Part shown: positions 8,619 through 17,392 of the stretch, one piece after another
Numbering within the stretch: position 1 is the stretch's first letter
Layout of the letters: each line of letters opens with the position of its first letter
Source: a virus
Taxonomy: Duplodnaviria > Caudoviricetes
Length of the DNA stretch: 64,000 bases
Strand: one strand, 5' to 3'
IMG/VR virus record: IMGVR_UViG_3300042876_000238
Span: 257 to 64,256 of that record
Position numbers and translations under genes: made by a program
The notes under the pieces: generated by a model
The model's database searches: none
Seen by the model: the letters and a program-made list of their open reading frames with translations, nothing else
Told to the model about the DNA's origin: nothing

Positions 8619-8755
8619 TCGGCAGCTTCACGAAGCTTTCCCACACTGTGCGGATGATGTTGTTCTGGGCACTCATGCTCATCAACATCATCCTGCTCAG
8701 TGCTGCCGGTTGGTTAGTTGTCAAATACGAGGAAGGAGACAAAGAACATGGCTAA
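8615..8755 (+). CDS. Small single-TM protein
   Basis: GTGA overlap; MMLFWALMLINIILLSAAGWLVV. Confidence 0.55.
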   Translation: MIGSFTKLSHTVRMMLFWALMLINIILLSAAGWLVVKYEEGDKEHG

Positions 8756-9296
8756 GAAGAGAAAGGCTCAGTTCAAGACCCAGACGACGTCCATCGAGAG
8801 TGCCGTCAGCGACGCGTACTCCGGCATGGAGGAACTCAAGGACGAGTTGCAGAACTGGTACGACAACCTGCCCGAGAGTTTCCAGAACGGCTCGAAGGGC
8901 GATGCGTTGCAGAGCGCGATCGACCAGATCGACTGCGCGTCCGAGATCACGGTGCCCGACTGCCTGTGCAACGGCCCGGACTTGCCGGAGGTTTCCTACG
9001 ACGAGTCGGTGAAGACCTCTCGTAGCGCGCGTAGGGATACTTGTGTGTCCATGCTGAATGGCGCAGCCGATGCCGCCCGCGACTACATCGACACGCTCAA
9101 CGAGTTGGAGTTCGACGAGGACGGCAATCGCAAGCGCACACTCACGGAGGGGGACGACGATGTCGAAGAAGACGGGTATCCGACGACCGAAGACGAGCGT
9201 GACTCGTGGGTCAGCGAGATCGAAGACTTTGCCAACGAGTGCGAGAACAACGTCGGCGAGTACGAAGCCGTCGAGTTCCCCGGAATGTACGGCTGA
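8748..9296 (+). CDS. Acidic helical hypothetical protein
   Basis: AAGGAG RBS; ELQNWYDNLPESFQ motif. Confidence 0.75.
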   Translation: MAKKRKAQFKTQTTSIESAVSDAYSGMEELKDELQNWYDNLPESFQNGSKGDALQSAIDQIDCASEITVPDCLCNGPDLPEVSYDESVKTSRSARRDTCVSMLNGAADAARDYIDTLNELEFDEDGNRKRTLTEGDDDVEEDGYPTTEDERDSWVSEIEDFANECENNVGEYEAVEFPGMYG

Positions 9297-9383
9297 TCTT
9301 CCGTACATCTGCGACAACTTCCTTGGCACGGCGCGTGACCCGCGCCGCTGCCACATCTGTCTCAACTTGAGAGAGGTACACAC

Positions 9384-10751
9384 ATGAGCGAAGAGTTTGA
9401 CGAGATCCAAGACATCCTTGCAGGCATCCTTGGCGACAAGCCGAAAGCCCCGGCAGCGGCTCCGCCGCCGAAGGCGGCAGCGAGGGTGGCGACACCCGAG
9501 CCCGACGAGGACTTCCTCAATCTGGATGAGTTCACCCCGGCCCCGGTCGTTATCACGACGACGATCGACAAAAGCGGTGAGCGCAAGCACGCGCTGACGA
9601 GCGGCGTCCTGCCGAAGGGCATGGCACTGCCGGGCAGCGACGAGGACGTCATGTCCATCTTCGACAACCGAGACGACGACTACGGCTCCGACCCCACGGA
9701 AGACGCGCGAATCGAAGCAAGCCTCCCGAAGGGCGACGTCACGGTGGCGATCGACACGAGCGGGTCGGTCTCCGACGAGATGTCGAAGATGTTCGCGGAC
9801 AGCGTCGAGCAGTCCCACATCAAGGTGCCAGTCCCGACGTTCACTTCTGCAGACATGATGCAGTCGTTCGACATCCGCAACTTCGCTACGCTGGTGACGT
9901 TGCAGACGAACCGTTGGCACGCGAAGGTGAAGGACCGGCAGGCGTCGAAGGATGCGGCGAAGGCCAACTCTGCCGACGAGCGTGCGTTCGAGACCCGCAA
10001 GAAGTTGCTGGTCGGTGCTGACAGCATGTTGGTGGCGATCCACAAGGCGATCGACGCCGCACGCATCGAGCACTACGCGATGACCCTGCCGTGGTCGACG
10101 ACTGGACTCGACGACACCGGGCGTCGGACGGGCGGTCGCCTCCTGATGAACACGCTGTTCTTCGAGTACACGCAGAAGATGGCGAAGTACCGGAAGGAGA
10201 TGGAGGACGCGCTCAACGCGTTCGAGCCCGAGTATCCGAACCTGATTGCCATTGCGAAGACCAAGCTGGGCAAGCGGTTCGATCCTCGTGAGTACCCGAA
10301 CCCGTCGGCGATCCGTACGCACTTCAACCTGTCGTTCGACTTCCAGCCGATCCCCAAGGGCGAGGATTTCATGGGGCTGCCGAAACAGCAGTTGGACAAG
10401 CTGGCGCAGCACCTGAACAACCAGACCCAGACGATGCTGGAGAACGCGATGCAGGAGAACTGGGTGCGGATGCGCGAGGTGATCGCAGCGATGGTCGAGC
10501 GGCTGTCGTCGCCCGACAAGCGGTTCCACTCCACGCTGGTGGAGAACGTGCGCGAAGCGGTGCGCCTGACTGCGCATCTCAACGCTACGAAGGACAAGCG
10601 CATCGAGGCGGTTCGCCAGTACGCCGACAAGCACCTGTGCCAGCACGACGCCGAGGAACTGCGGAAGAACCCGACCCTGCGCGTGCAGGTTGCCGGGCAT
10701 GCGCAGTCGGCGATCGACATGATGGACAAGACGGCCCTGAAGAAGCACTGA
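9384..10751 (+). CDS. DUF3150-like protein with acidic N-terminal extension
   Basis: TRKKLL...TLPW...RFDPREYP...IR..F helical domain; sits between the AAA and vWA genes. Confidence 0.7.
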   Translation: MSEEFDEIQDILAGILGDKPKAPAAAPPPKAAARVATPEPDEDFLNLDEFTPAPVVITTTIDKSGERKHALTSGVLPKGMALPGSDEDVMSIFDNRDDDYGSDPTEDARIEASLPKGDVTVAIDTSGSVSDEMSKMFADSVEQSHIKVPVPTFTSADMMQSFDIRNFATLVTLQTNRWHAKVKDRQASKDAAKANSADERAFETRKKLLVGADSMLVAIHKAIDAARIEHYAMTLPWSTTGLDDTGRRTGGRLLMNTLFFEYTQKMAKYRKEMEDALNAFEPEYPNLIAIAKTKLGKRFDPREYPNPSAIRTHFNLSFDFQPIPKGEDFMGLPKQQLDKLAQHLNNQTQTMLENAMQENWVRMREVIAAMVERLSSPDKRFHSTLVENVREAVRLTAHLNATKDKRIEAVRQYADKHLCQHDAEELRKNPTLRVQVAGHAQSAIDMMDKTALKKH

Positions 10752-10765
10752 TTACATCGGTGTAA
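10752..10765. repeat. Palindrome copy 9 (TTACATCGGTGTAA)
   Basis: Between TGA and the GGAGGT RBS. Confidence 0.9.
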
Positions 10766-10778
10766 TGGAGGTAGGAAG

Positions 10779-11981
10779 ATGACAGACTCTGTGAAGCTGA
10801 CGACGTTGAAGACGGCCATGCTCCTGTATGTGCCGTTCTTCGCGTCACTGATGATCGACATTCTGGAGTTGAAGGTGGGCAAGTTCCCCGAGGTATTCGG
10901 GGGACACAAGCCCACGGCAGCGACGGATGGCAAGACGGTGTGGTTCGACGAGGACTTTCTCGACTCGTTGAAGCTGCCTGAAGCGGTTGCCCTGCTGTGT
11001 CACGAGATCGGGCATGTCATGTGGATGCACATGGCCCGAGGCAAGACGTATCAGGACACCGGCTTCGAGGGCGCGCCGTTCGATGCGAGCATCTGGAACA
11101 TGGCGGGGGACTACATCATCAACGATATGTTGGTGGTATCGCAGATCGGTGACTTGCCGAAGGGCGGCTTGCACGATCCGAGGCGTTTCCCGCACACGAT
11201 GTCCGCTGAGGATGTGTACCGTGAGTTGATCAAGAATCCGCCGCAAGGCATGGGCGGCGGTACACCTGACCAGCACGGCAACACGGGTGTCACTCTCGAC
11301 AAGCACATCCTGTCCCCGCAGGCAGTGACGGATCAGGAGATGCGCCGGGCGGTGAAGACGGCGAGCGAAGCAGCCAAGGCGATGGGCTCGATGCCTGCCG
11401 CACTGGAGCGTTTCGTCAACGAACTCATGAATCCGCAGGTGCCGTGGCAGGAAAAGCTGCGCTTCCACGTGGCTCGAAACATCGGCCGAGACTGCAAGAC
11501 ATGGCGCTCGCCCAACCGGCGTAGACTCGTGCTGCAGAAGATCTACATGCCGAGTTACGTGGGGTATCAGGCAGGTGAAGTGGTCGTCGCTATCGACACA
11601 TCCGGGTCGATCGGCCAGAAGGAACTCGATACGTTCCTGTCGGAACTGTCGGGCATCCTCGACGACTGCAAGCCCGAGCGGGTGTGGGTGCTGGCGATCG
11701 ACGCCGCGGTGGCGTCGGTTACTGAACTCGAATCCGGAGCGGACATCGCTTCCAATCCACCTGCGCTGAAGGGTGGCGGCGGTACGTCGTTCATTCCGGC
11801 GTTCGAGTGGTGCCAAGAGAACGGCATCGAGCCCGCGTCGCTCATCTACTTCACCGACATGATGGGTAGCTTCCCGAAGGAAGCTCCATCGTATCCGGTG
11901 ATCTGGTGTGCGACGTACGACTCTCCGCCGCCGTGGGGCGAGTACATCCGCATCAACGTGGGAGGTCGCGATGATCGTTAA
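10779..11981 (+). CDS. DUF2201-type metallopeptidase plus vWA domain protein
   Basis: TAATDG, HEIGH...H, WNMAGDYIIN; vWA VAIDTSGS, GGGGTSF, IYFTD. Confidence 0.9.
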   Translation: MTDSVKLTTLKTAMLLYVPFFASLMIDILELKVGKFPEVFGGHKPTAATDGKTVWFDEDFLDSLKLPEAVALLCHEIGHVMWMHMARGKTYQDTGFEGAPFDASIWNMAGDYIINDMLVVSQIGDLPKGGLHDPRRFPHTMSAEDVYRELIKNPPQGMGGGTPDQHGNTGVTLDKHILSPQAVTDQEMRRAVKTASEAAKAMGSMPAALERFVNELMNPQVPWQEKLRFHVARNIGRDCKTWRSPNRRRLVLQKIYMPSYVGYQAGEVVVAIDTSGSIGQKELDTFLSELSGILDDCKPERVWVLAIDAAVASVTELESGADIASNPPALKGGGGTSFIPAFEWCQENGIEPASLIYFTDMMGSFPKEAPSYPVIWCATYDSPPPWGEYIRINVGGRDDR

Positions 11982-12585
11982 TCCGGGCGCTGATGCCATG
12001 CGCGCAATCATCAAGCGAGATCCGACTACAGTCCTGTCCCGGCTTATCGATCGATTGGAGCTAACGGTTCCGTTCCCGATAGATATCAGAGCGTTCCACC
12101 TCTCGCTGTTCCCGGAACAGTTCATCGCTGCAGTGCACGAGCATGCAGCCTACTCGCAGAACATGCGTGCGGTGTTGACGACGTCACATCAGGTGACTGT
12201 GCACTTAGGGTACGACCGCTTCATTAGACTGTCTCTGGAGTATGGCTCTCTGTCGCCGAAAGAGGAATTTCTGCAGTGTATGAACCATCCACGGCAGGAG
12301 GAGCTAGTCGAATGGCACGAAAAAGCGACGACCTACAACGTCATACTGACGGAGATGCAGGAGACGATGGCCGCCGTCCTGCTCGACTCACACGCGTTGG
12401 GAGCTTGGCCCGAGCTAGCACATGCTGTCGGCATCACGAGACTGCCCAGAAGCAGTACCGCTGCGTTACAGCGGCATCTGGAGGGTACTCAGGGCAAGGC
12501 GAAGCTGGATGCGTTGCTGGCCCAAGCCTCCCTCCTGCCAGACATCAGGGCCCCACACGCGTGGGTCGGGCTGATAGGCAGGTGA
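11971..12585 (+). CDS. Hypothetical protein (WPE motif, possibly Nmad5-like)
   Basis: GGAGG RBS; similar to the next gene. Confidence 0.6.
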   Translation: MIVNPGADAMRAIIKRDPTTVLSRLIDRLELTVPFPIDIRAFHLSLFPEQFIAAVHEHAAYSQNMRAVLTTSHQVTVHLGYDRFIRLSLEYGSLSPKEEFLQCMNHPRQEELVEWHEKATTYNVILTEMQETMAAVLLDSHALGAWPELAHAVGITRLPRSSTAALQRHLEGTQGKAKLDALLAQASLLPDIRAPHAWVGLIGR

Positions 12586-12588
12586 CAT

Positions 12589-13263
12589 ATGGGGCGTAGA
12601 CGATATGGCCCTCGCGTCAAACAAGTCCTCACCAAGATCGATCGTGACGTCAACCGGCAAGTAGTCCTAAGTCGTGTATACAAACTCATGCGACACCGGC
12701 TGTTTGCGATGACGCCGTTTCCTTTCCCCTATCAGGAGGTGTTTGATTTCGTGTGGGGAGAGGAGCGGCTGGCACACATCGTCGCACTACCACGGGACTT
12801 ATTCAGTTACGATCGTAGGTTTCGGTTTGACTACAAGCTATCTGCTGGCGAAGCTAGAAAGGTTACGCTGACCTTTGACGAGCCCGTAATAGTTCTGCGC
12901 AACTTCCAAGTCCTATCAGGAGATCATCTACCTGACTCTATGAAGACAAGCATCGAGGACTGGGTAGTACGGCGCAGGATGGCGACACACGACTATGGAG
13001 TAGTTAACGAGGCCGTGAAGAAGTTACTGGAGACTGCGCGCACATACCGGCAGTTGAAAGGCTTCTGGCCCACGTTCAGTAAGTTCCTAGAGCCGGGGGC
13101 GCGTTACGAGTTCGATAGCGTAGCTCCGACCAAGCCATCGACGTTACTTCTCAACACGTGGGCACAAAGCACAGTGTTAACTCCTGACGAGGTCGATACG
13201 ATGTTGAGCGAGGCGATGCTGCTCGAAGACTTGCCGATGGATGAGTCGGCGACGTACGACTAA
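12589..13263 (+). CDS. Hypothetical protein (TYRQLKGFWP, possibly Nmad5-like)
   Basis: ORF ending before a terminator. Confidence 0.65.
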   Translation: MGRRRYGPRVKQVLTKIDRDVNRQVVLSRVYKLMRHRLFAMTPFPFPYQEVFDFVWGEERLAHIVALPRDLFSYDRRFRFDYKLSAGEARKVTLTFDEPVIVLRNFQVLSGDHLPDSMKTSIEDWVVRRRMATHDYGVVNEAVKKLLETARTYRQLKGFWPTFSKFLEPGARYEFDSVAPTKPSTLLLNTWAQSTVLTPDEVDTMLSEAMLLEDLPMDESATYD

Positions 13264-13283
13264 CACGTAGATCGAAACCTACT

Positions 13284-13320
13284 GGCCCCCGGCGCTTCGG
13301 CGTCGGGGGCCTTTCTTTTT
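13284..13320 (+). terminator. Rho-independent terminator
   Basis: GGCCCCCGGCGC-TTCG-GCGTCGGGGGCC followed by TTTCTTTTT. Confidence 0.9.
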
Positions 13321-13337
13321 GCCCAAAATCGGTCCTG

Positions 13338-13395
13338 TTGACTTCGGCGTTATCATGGGCCACTATTGCGATAAGTCGGTTTTACACCGGTGTAA
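13338..13395 (+). promoter_or_regulatory. Promoter of replication operon with palindrome copy 10
   Basis: TTGACT-17 nt-CACTAT; TTACACCGGTGTAA at 13382-13395 before the GAGGT RBS. Confidence 0.65.
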
Positions 13396-13408
13396 GTGAG
13401 GTGATCGC

Positions 13409-13672
13409 ATGGCAGTCAAGACGAGTAACCCGAAGATGGGCCGCCCAGTGACCAACAAGCATAAGGTCGGCACTCGCCTCTGGGACAAGTGGAGCAACAC
13501 GGCAAAGCGGGTCTTCAACAAGACGTTCGAGCGCATGCTGCGCAACCAGTCGGTGTTCATGCATCCAAAGGCACCGCCGATGTCGAAGGTGCACTGGCGC
13601 ACCGTGGCATGGAACGCAGCGGTCATCGCTGCCTGCGCCGCAGACGACGTCATTTTCGTGGTGCGCAAGTGA
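13409..13672 (+). CDS. Small basic hypothetical protein
   Basis: GAGGT RBS. Confidence 0.7.
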   Translation: MAVKTSNPKMGRPVTNKHKVGTRLWDKWSNTAKRVFNKTFERMLRNQSVFMHPKAPPMSKVHWRTVAWNAAVIAACAADDVIFVVRK

Positions 13673-13989
13673 AGCCTGAGCGCATCCTGAAGGAGGCTGC
13701 GCTCACGTTGCAGCAGCGCGGCGTGGAGCGAGACACCCCGAACGGTGAACGCTCCATGCAGCGTGCAGTCGAGATCTTCCGTGCGATCACGGATATCGAC
13801 CTAACTGAGCGGCAGGGGTGGACGTTCATGCTCGCACTGAAGATGGCGCGCATGACCCGTGGCAAGCCGAACCCGGATCACTTCGTGGATCTGGCAGGCT
13901 ACGCGGCACTGTTGGGGGAGTGTGCATTGGAGGGACGCTTCGATGAAGCCGCCGAAAGCACTGCGACAGATAGTGCAAACCGCGCTTGA
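13669..13989 (+). CDS. DUF6378-like protein
   Basis: EA...RG..D...ERSM...MLALKMAR...DHFVDLAGYAAL. Confidence 0.75.
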   Translation: MKPERILKEAALTLQQRGVERDTPNGERSMQRAVEIFRAITDIDLTERQGWTFMLALKMARMTRGKPNPDHFVDLAGYAALLGECALEGRFDEAAESTATDSANRA

Positions 13990-14140
13990 TAGCGGCTGGA
14001 CCGTGACGAAGACGAAGCGCAGTCACATCAAGCTGCGCGCTCCCTCCGGCGCGATCGTCTTTGCCAGCGGCACGCCGAGCGACGTTCGAGCCGTGCATAA
14101 CCTGAAGGCCATGCTGCGCCGAAACGGGCTTGACGTATGA
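13943..14140 (+). CDS. HicA-like toxin-fold protein
   Basis: GWTVTKTKRSHIKL..PSG....GTPSD.RA..N pattern; GGAGG RBS. Confidence 0.7.
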   Translation: MKPPKALRQIVQTALDSGWTVTKTKRSHIKLRAPSGAIVFASGTPSDVRAVHNLKAMLRRNGLDV

Positions 14141-16011
14141 AGTGTTGTGTCGTCGATTTCGAGACGTATTACGCCAGCGACTACTCCCTGTCGCGCATGT
14201 CGACAGAGGACTACGTCAACGACCCGCGCTTCGAGATCATCTTGGTCGGGCTCACGTGGTCTGATGGCACGAAGTGCTGGACTACCGGCACGAAGGCGCA
14301 GATCGGCGCATGGCTCGAAGCACAGGGCGTGTTCGACGCGTTCGTCATCGCACACAACGGCTTCTTCGACTTCCTGATCCTCGCCGTGCACTTCGGCAAG
14401 GTACCGAAGATGATGTGCTGCACGCTGAAGATGGCCTACGTCTTCCTTCGGCCGCACGTGATCTCCTGTTCGCTGGAGAACTGCCTGAAAGAACTCGGCT
14501 CGCCTGTTCAAAAAGGCGACGAAGTCAAAAACATGATCGGACGCACCCGGCAGTCGCTCTCCAAACCTGAGATGGCAAACTACGCGAAGTACTGTCTCGA
14601 CGACTGCGACGGGACGATGTACATCTTCAAGACCCTCGCGTCCCAATTCCCCAAAGAAGAGTTCCAGATCATCGACATGACGCTGCGCATGTGGACGCAG
14701 CCGCAACTCCTGCTCGATGCCAAACTGCTGGCAGAGAACCTCGCAGAAGTCCGCGCCAAGAAAGCGCAGCAGATGGCCCAGCTTCCGCCTTCGATCACGG
14801 CGACTGACCTCCGCTCCAACCCGCGTTTCGCCAAGTTGCTGCAGTCGTACGGCATCGAGCCGCCGATGAAGATCTCCAAGACGACGAAGGAGGAGACCTT
14901 CGCGTTTGCTAAGACGGACACCGGCTGGAAAGACCTCGAAGAGAAGTGGGGCGACCACCCCGAGCTTGGTCCCATTCTGGCAGCACGTGTTGGGGCAAAG
15001 AGTACGATCGAGGAGTCCCGCTCTGCTCGCCTGCTGGACATCGCCAAGCGCTATAAGAAGTTCCGTATCCCCCTGATGTATTACGGGGCGCATACGGGGC
15101 GCTATGGCGGGCGCGAGGGCATCAACGCCCAGAACCTGCCTCGCATCGACAAGTCGCGCATGCGCTTCGCTGTGAAGGCCCCGAGGGGCTGCGTGGTGTT
15201 GGCTGCCGACCTCGCCCAGATCGAGGCGCGCATCACCGCATGGCTGGCGGGGGCGAAGGATCTCGTCGAGGGCTTCCGCCGCGGCGAAGACCTGTACTCG
15301 CGTTTCGCAACACGTGTGTTCAACGTCGAAGTACCCCCCGGCAAGGAGGCCCGCAACGCCGAGGACAAGATGCGCCGGTTCGTCGGCAAGACATGCATCT
15401 TGGGACTCGGGTTTGGAATGGGCGGCGAGCGCCTCAAGACGACGCTGCGCAAGGACAACCTGAAGTTCACCATCCAGCAGACGAGTGCGATGGTGCAGCT
15501 TTATAGACACGAGTACTGGCAGATTCCGGAACTGTGGAAGCGATTTGACAGTGCCATCCACGTGATCGCGGACGGTGCGCGTGGACAGGTGGCGATCGGT
15601 CCAGTCACGATCGGCAAGAACACCATCGTTTTGCCCAACGGCATGCCACTCACTTACCCCCGTTGTTTCCTACGTGAGGTGGAGAACGAGCTTGGGCGCA
15701 GGCAGATGCGCTGGAGCTACCGTTACGGAACGGAGATACGGTACCTGTGGGGCGGCACGCTTACGGAGAATGTGGTGCAGTCGCTGGCACGGATCGTGGT
15801 CATGCGCAACATGGTCGCGATCAAGAAAGAGCTTGGGTTACGTCCTGCTCTGCAGCAGCACGACGAACTTGACTATGTCCTGTTCGAGGAAGATGCTGAG
15901 GAAGTGTCGAAAGTGATCGCGCAGATCATGAGTACACCCCCGGAATGGGCACCAGACTTGCCTGTTGCGGTCGAAGTCGCGTACGGAAAAACACTGGGAG
16001 ACTGCAAGTGA
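14137..16011 (+). CDS. polA: Family A DNA polymerase with 3'-5' exonuclease
   Basis: DFET exo I, HTGRYGG, NAQNLP, ADLAQIEAR motif A, RxxGKxxxLGLGFG motif B, HDE motif C. Confidence 0.95.
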   Translation: MKCCVVDFETYYASDYSLSRMSTEDYVNDPRFEIILVGLTWSDGTKCWTTGTKAQIGAWLEAQGVFDAFVIAHNGFFDFLILAVHFGKVPKMMCCTLKMAYVFLRPHVISCSLENCLKELGSPVQKGDEVKNMIGRTRQSLSKPEMANYAKYCLDDCDGTMYIFKTLASQFPKEEFQIIDMTLRMWTQPQLLLDAKLLAENLAEVRAKKAQQMAQLPPSITATDLRSNPRFAKLLQSYGIEPPMKISKTTKEETFAFAKTDTGWKDLEEKWGDHPELGPILAARVGAKSTIEESRSARLLDIAKRYKKFRIPLMYYGAHTGRYGGREGINAQNLPRIDKSRMRFAVKAPRGCVVLAADLAQIEARITAWLAGAKDLVEGFRRGEDLYSRFATRVFNVEVPPGKEARNAEDKMRRFVGKTCILGLGFGMGGERLKTTLRKDNLKFTIQQTSAMVQLYRHEYWQIPELWKRFDSAIHVIADGARGQVAIGPVTIGKNTIVLPNGMPLTYPRCFLREVENELGRRQMRWSYRYGTEIRYLWGGTLTENVVQSLARIVVMRNMVAIKKELGLRPALQQHDELDYVLFEEDAEEVSKVIAQIMSTPPEWAPDLPVAVEVAYGKTLGDCK

Positions 16012-16238
16012 GCAAAGACAACGAACATTTACCGTCGCCCCGCAATAGCGGCAAGGCGTGGACAAAAGACGAAGACGAAATCGTCATTCAGTTAATGAAG
16101 GATGGTAAGTCGTTGTTCGAGATTGCAGGGGAATTGGAACGTACCCCCGGTGCCGTCGTCGCTCGCGTGGAACATCACATCATGTTGATTGCGCAGTTCG
16201 AGAGGTTCCGCAAGATCATCAGCACGGGGGTCATGTAA
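16008..16238 (+). CDS. Myb/HTH-like DNA-binding protein
   Basis: GKAWTKDED...SLFEIAGELERTPGAVVAR. Confidence 0.75.
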   Translation: MSKDNEHLPSPRNSGKAWTKDEDEIVIQLMKDGKSLFEIAGELERTPGAVVARVEHHIMLIAQFERFRKIISTGVM

Positions 16239-16474
16239 TGCCTTTCACATCCGTCCCTGCGCCAGCTTATATACCCCCAATGCCACGCGAGGAAATTCCG
16301 AACGAGGCAGCTATATTCCTGACAGAGCGCGGCTGGAAGATGACTACCAACAACCCATGCAACGGTGAGCCTCTATACCAGCATTCGCGCTATTCGGGTG
16401 GCGACTACTACCGTTGGTACGAAGCCGTGGCAATGGAAACGATCGGACTGATGAGGATCGGCCATGACTGCTAA
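16238..16474 (+). CDS. Hypothetical protein
   Basis: TAATG overlap. Confidence 0.6.
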   Translation: MPFTSVPAPAYIPPMPREEIPNEAAIFLTERGWKMTTNNPCNGEPLYQHSRYSGGDYYRWYEAVAMETIGLMRIGHDC

Positions 16475-17135
16475 GGAACTCGCATGGTCATTCTCGGCGC
16501 TCGTCCGCTACGAGACTTGCCCCAAGCAGTACTACCACCTGAACGTCATCAAGGACTTTCAGGACACTGGCAGTGAGGCATCGAACGACGGCAATCTCGT
16601 GCACGAGGCGCTCGCCAAGCGCATCGCCAAGAAGGTCCCGTTGCCTCTGGAGCAACGTCATCTGGAAGGCATGGCTGTGAAGTTCGCTTCCTTGCCGGGC
16701 ACCAACAAGGTCGAAATGAAGCTGGCGGTCAACCGCAAGCTGGAACCCGTGGATTACTTCGCCAACGACGTCTGGGTGCGCGTGGTAGTCGACTTTCTCA
16801 ACGTGCAGGATGACGTCGCACTGATGATCGACTGGAAGACTGGCAAGCGTAAGCCGGACTTCACGCAGCTAGGGCTCTCTGCCGCAGTGCTGGCGCGCTG
16901 GATGCCGGAACTGCAACTGATCAAGACGGCCTATGTCTGGACGCGCGACCGTGCCATCGATCCGAAGAATTACTCGCTGTCGAAGTTGACCGCAGTGTGG
17001 GACGAACTCCTCCCACGTGTGAACAAGATGGAGGAGGCTCGCAAGACGACGTCATTCCCGGCGAAACCCTCTGGTCTGTGCAAGAAGTACTGCGTGGTGA
17101 AGTCATGCCCGTATCACGGAATCGGCAATCGCTGA
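16464..17135 (+). CDS. PD-(D/E)XK (RecB/Cas4-like) exonuclease
   Basis: WSFS...CP, G..VH, D...IDWKTGK, Q motif, C-terminal Cys cluster. Confidence 0.9.
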   Translation: MTAKELAWSFSALVRYETCPKQYYHLNVIKDFQDTGSEASNDGNLVHEALAKRIAKKVPLPLEQRHLEGMAVKFASLPGTNKVEMKLAVNRKLEPVDYFANDVWVRVVVDFLNVQDDVALMIDWKTGKRKPDFTQLGLSAAVLARWMPELQLIKTAYVWTRDRAIDPKNYSLSKLTAVWDELLPRVNKMEEARKTTSFPAKPSGLCKKYCVVKSCPYHGIGNR

Positions 17136-17176
17136 TTGCCCCGGACGCAGAGTTCGCCCCGGCATTGGAGCGCGGG

Positions 17177-17392
17177 ATGCGTGGCTATACGCAGACGCTG
17201 GAAGCAGTCCTAATGGCGTGGCTGAACCGCAATCTCTCGTTCGAGGTGAAGAGATTGGAGATCGATCCGATCACGCACGAACTCGCAGTGCAATTCAAGA
17301 ATGGGCACACTGCACGCACGACGTTGGAGAAGGCGAAGACCGACGAGTTCCTCGCCTTGTGCGTTATCATCTACGACCTTCCTTCGCCGTGA
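17177..17392 (+). CDS. Hypothetical protein
   Basis: GGAG RBS. Confidence 0.55.
   Translation: MRGYTQTLEAVLMAWLNRNLSFEVKRLEIDPITHELAVQFKNGHTARTTLEKAKTDEFLALCVIIYDLPSP

Noticed and set aside
1016-13395. Palindromes as a CRISPR array or integron attC sites
   Set aside because: Only 14 bp, irregular spacing of 0.3-3 kb, no cas operon or integrase, and no attC R/L box structure.
16464-17135. Cas4 as evidence of a CRISPR system
   Set aside because: Standalone phage exonuclease in a replication module.
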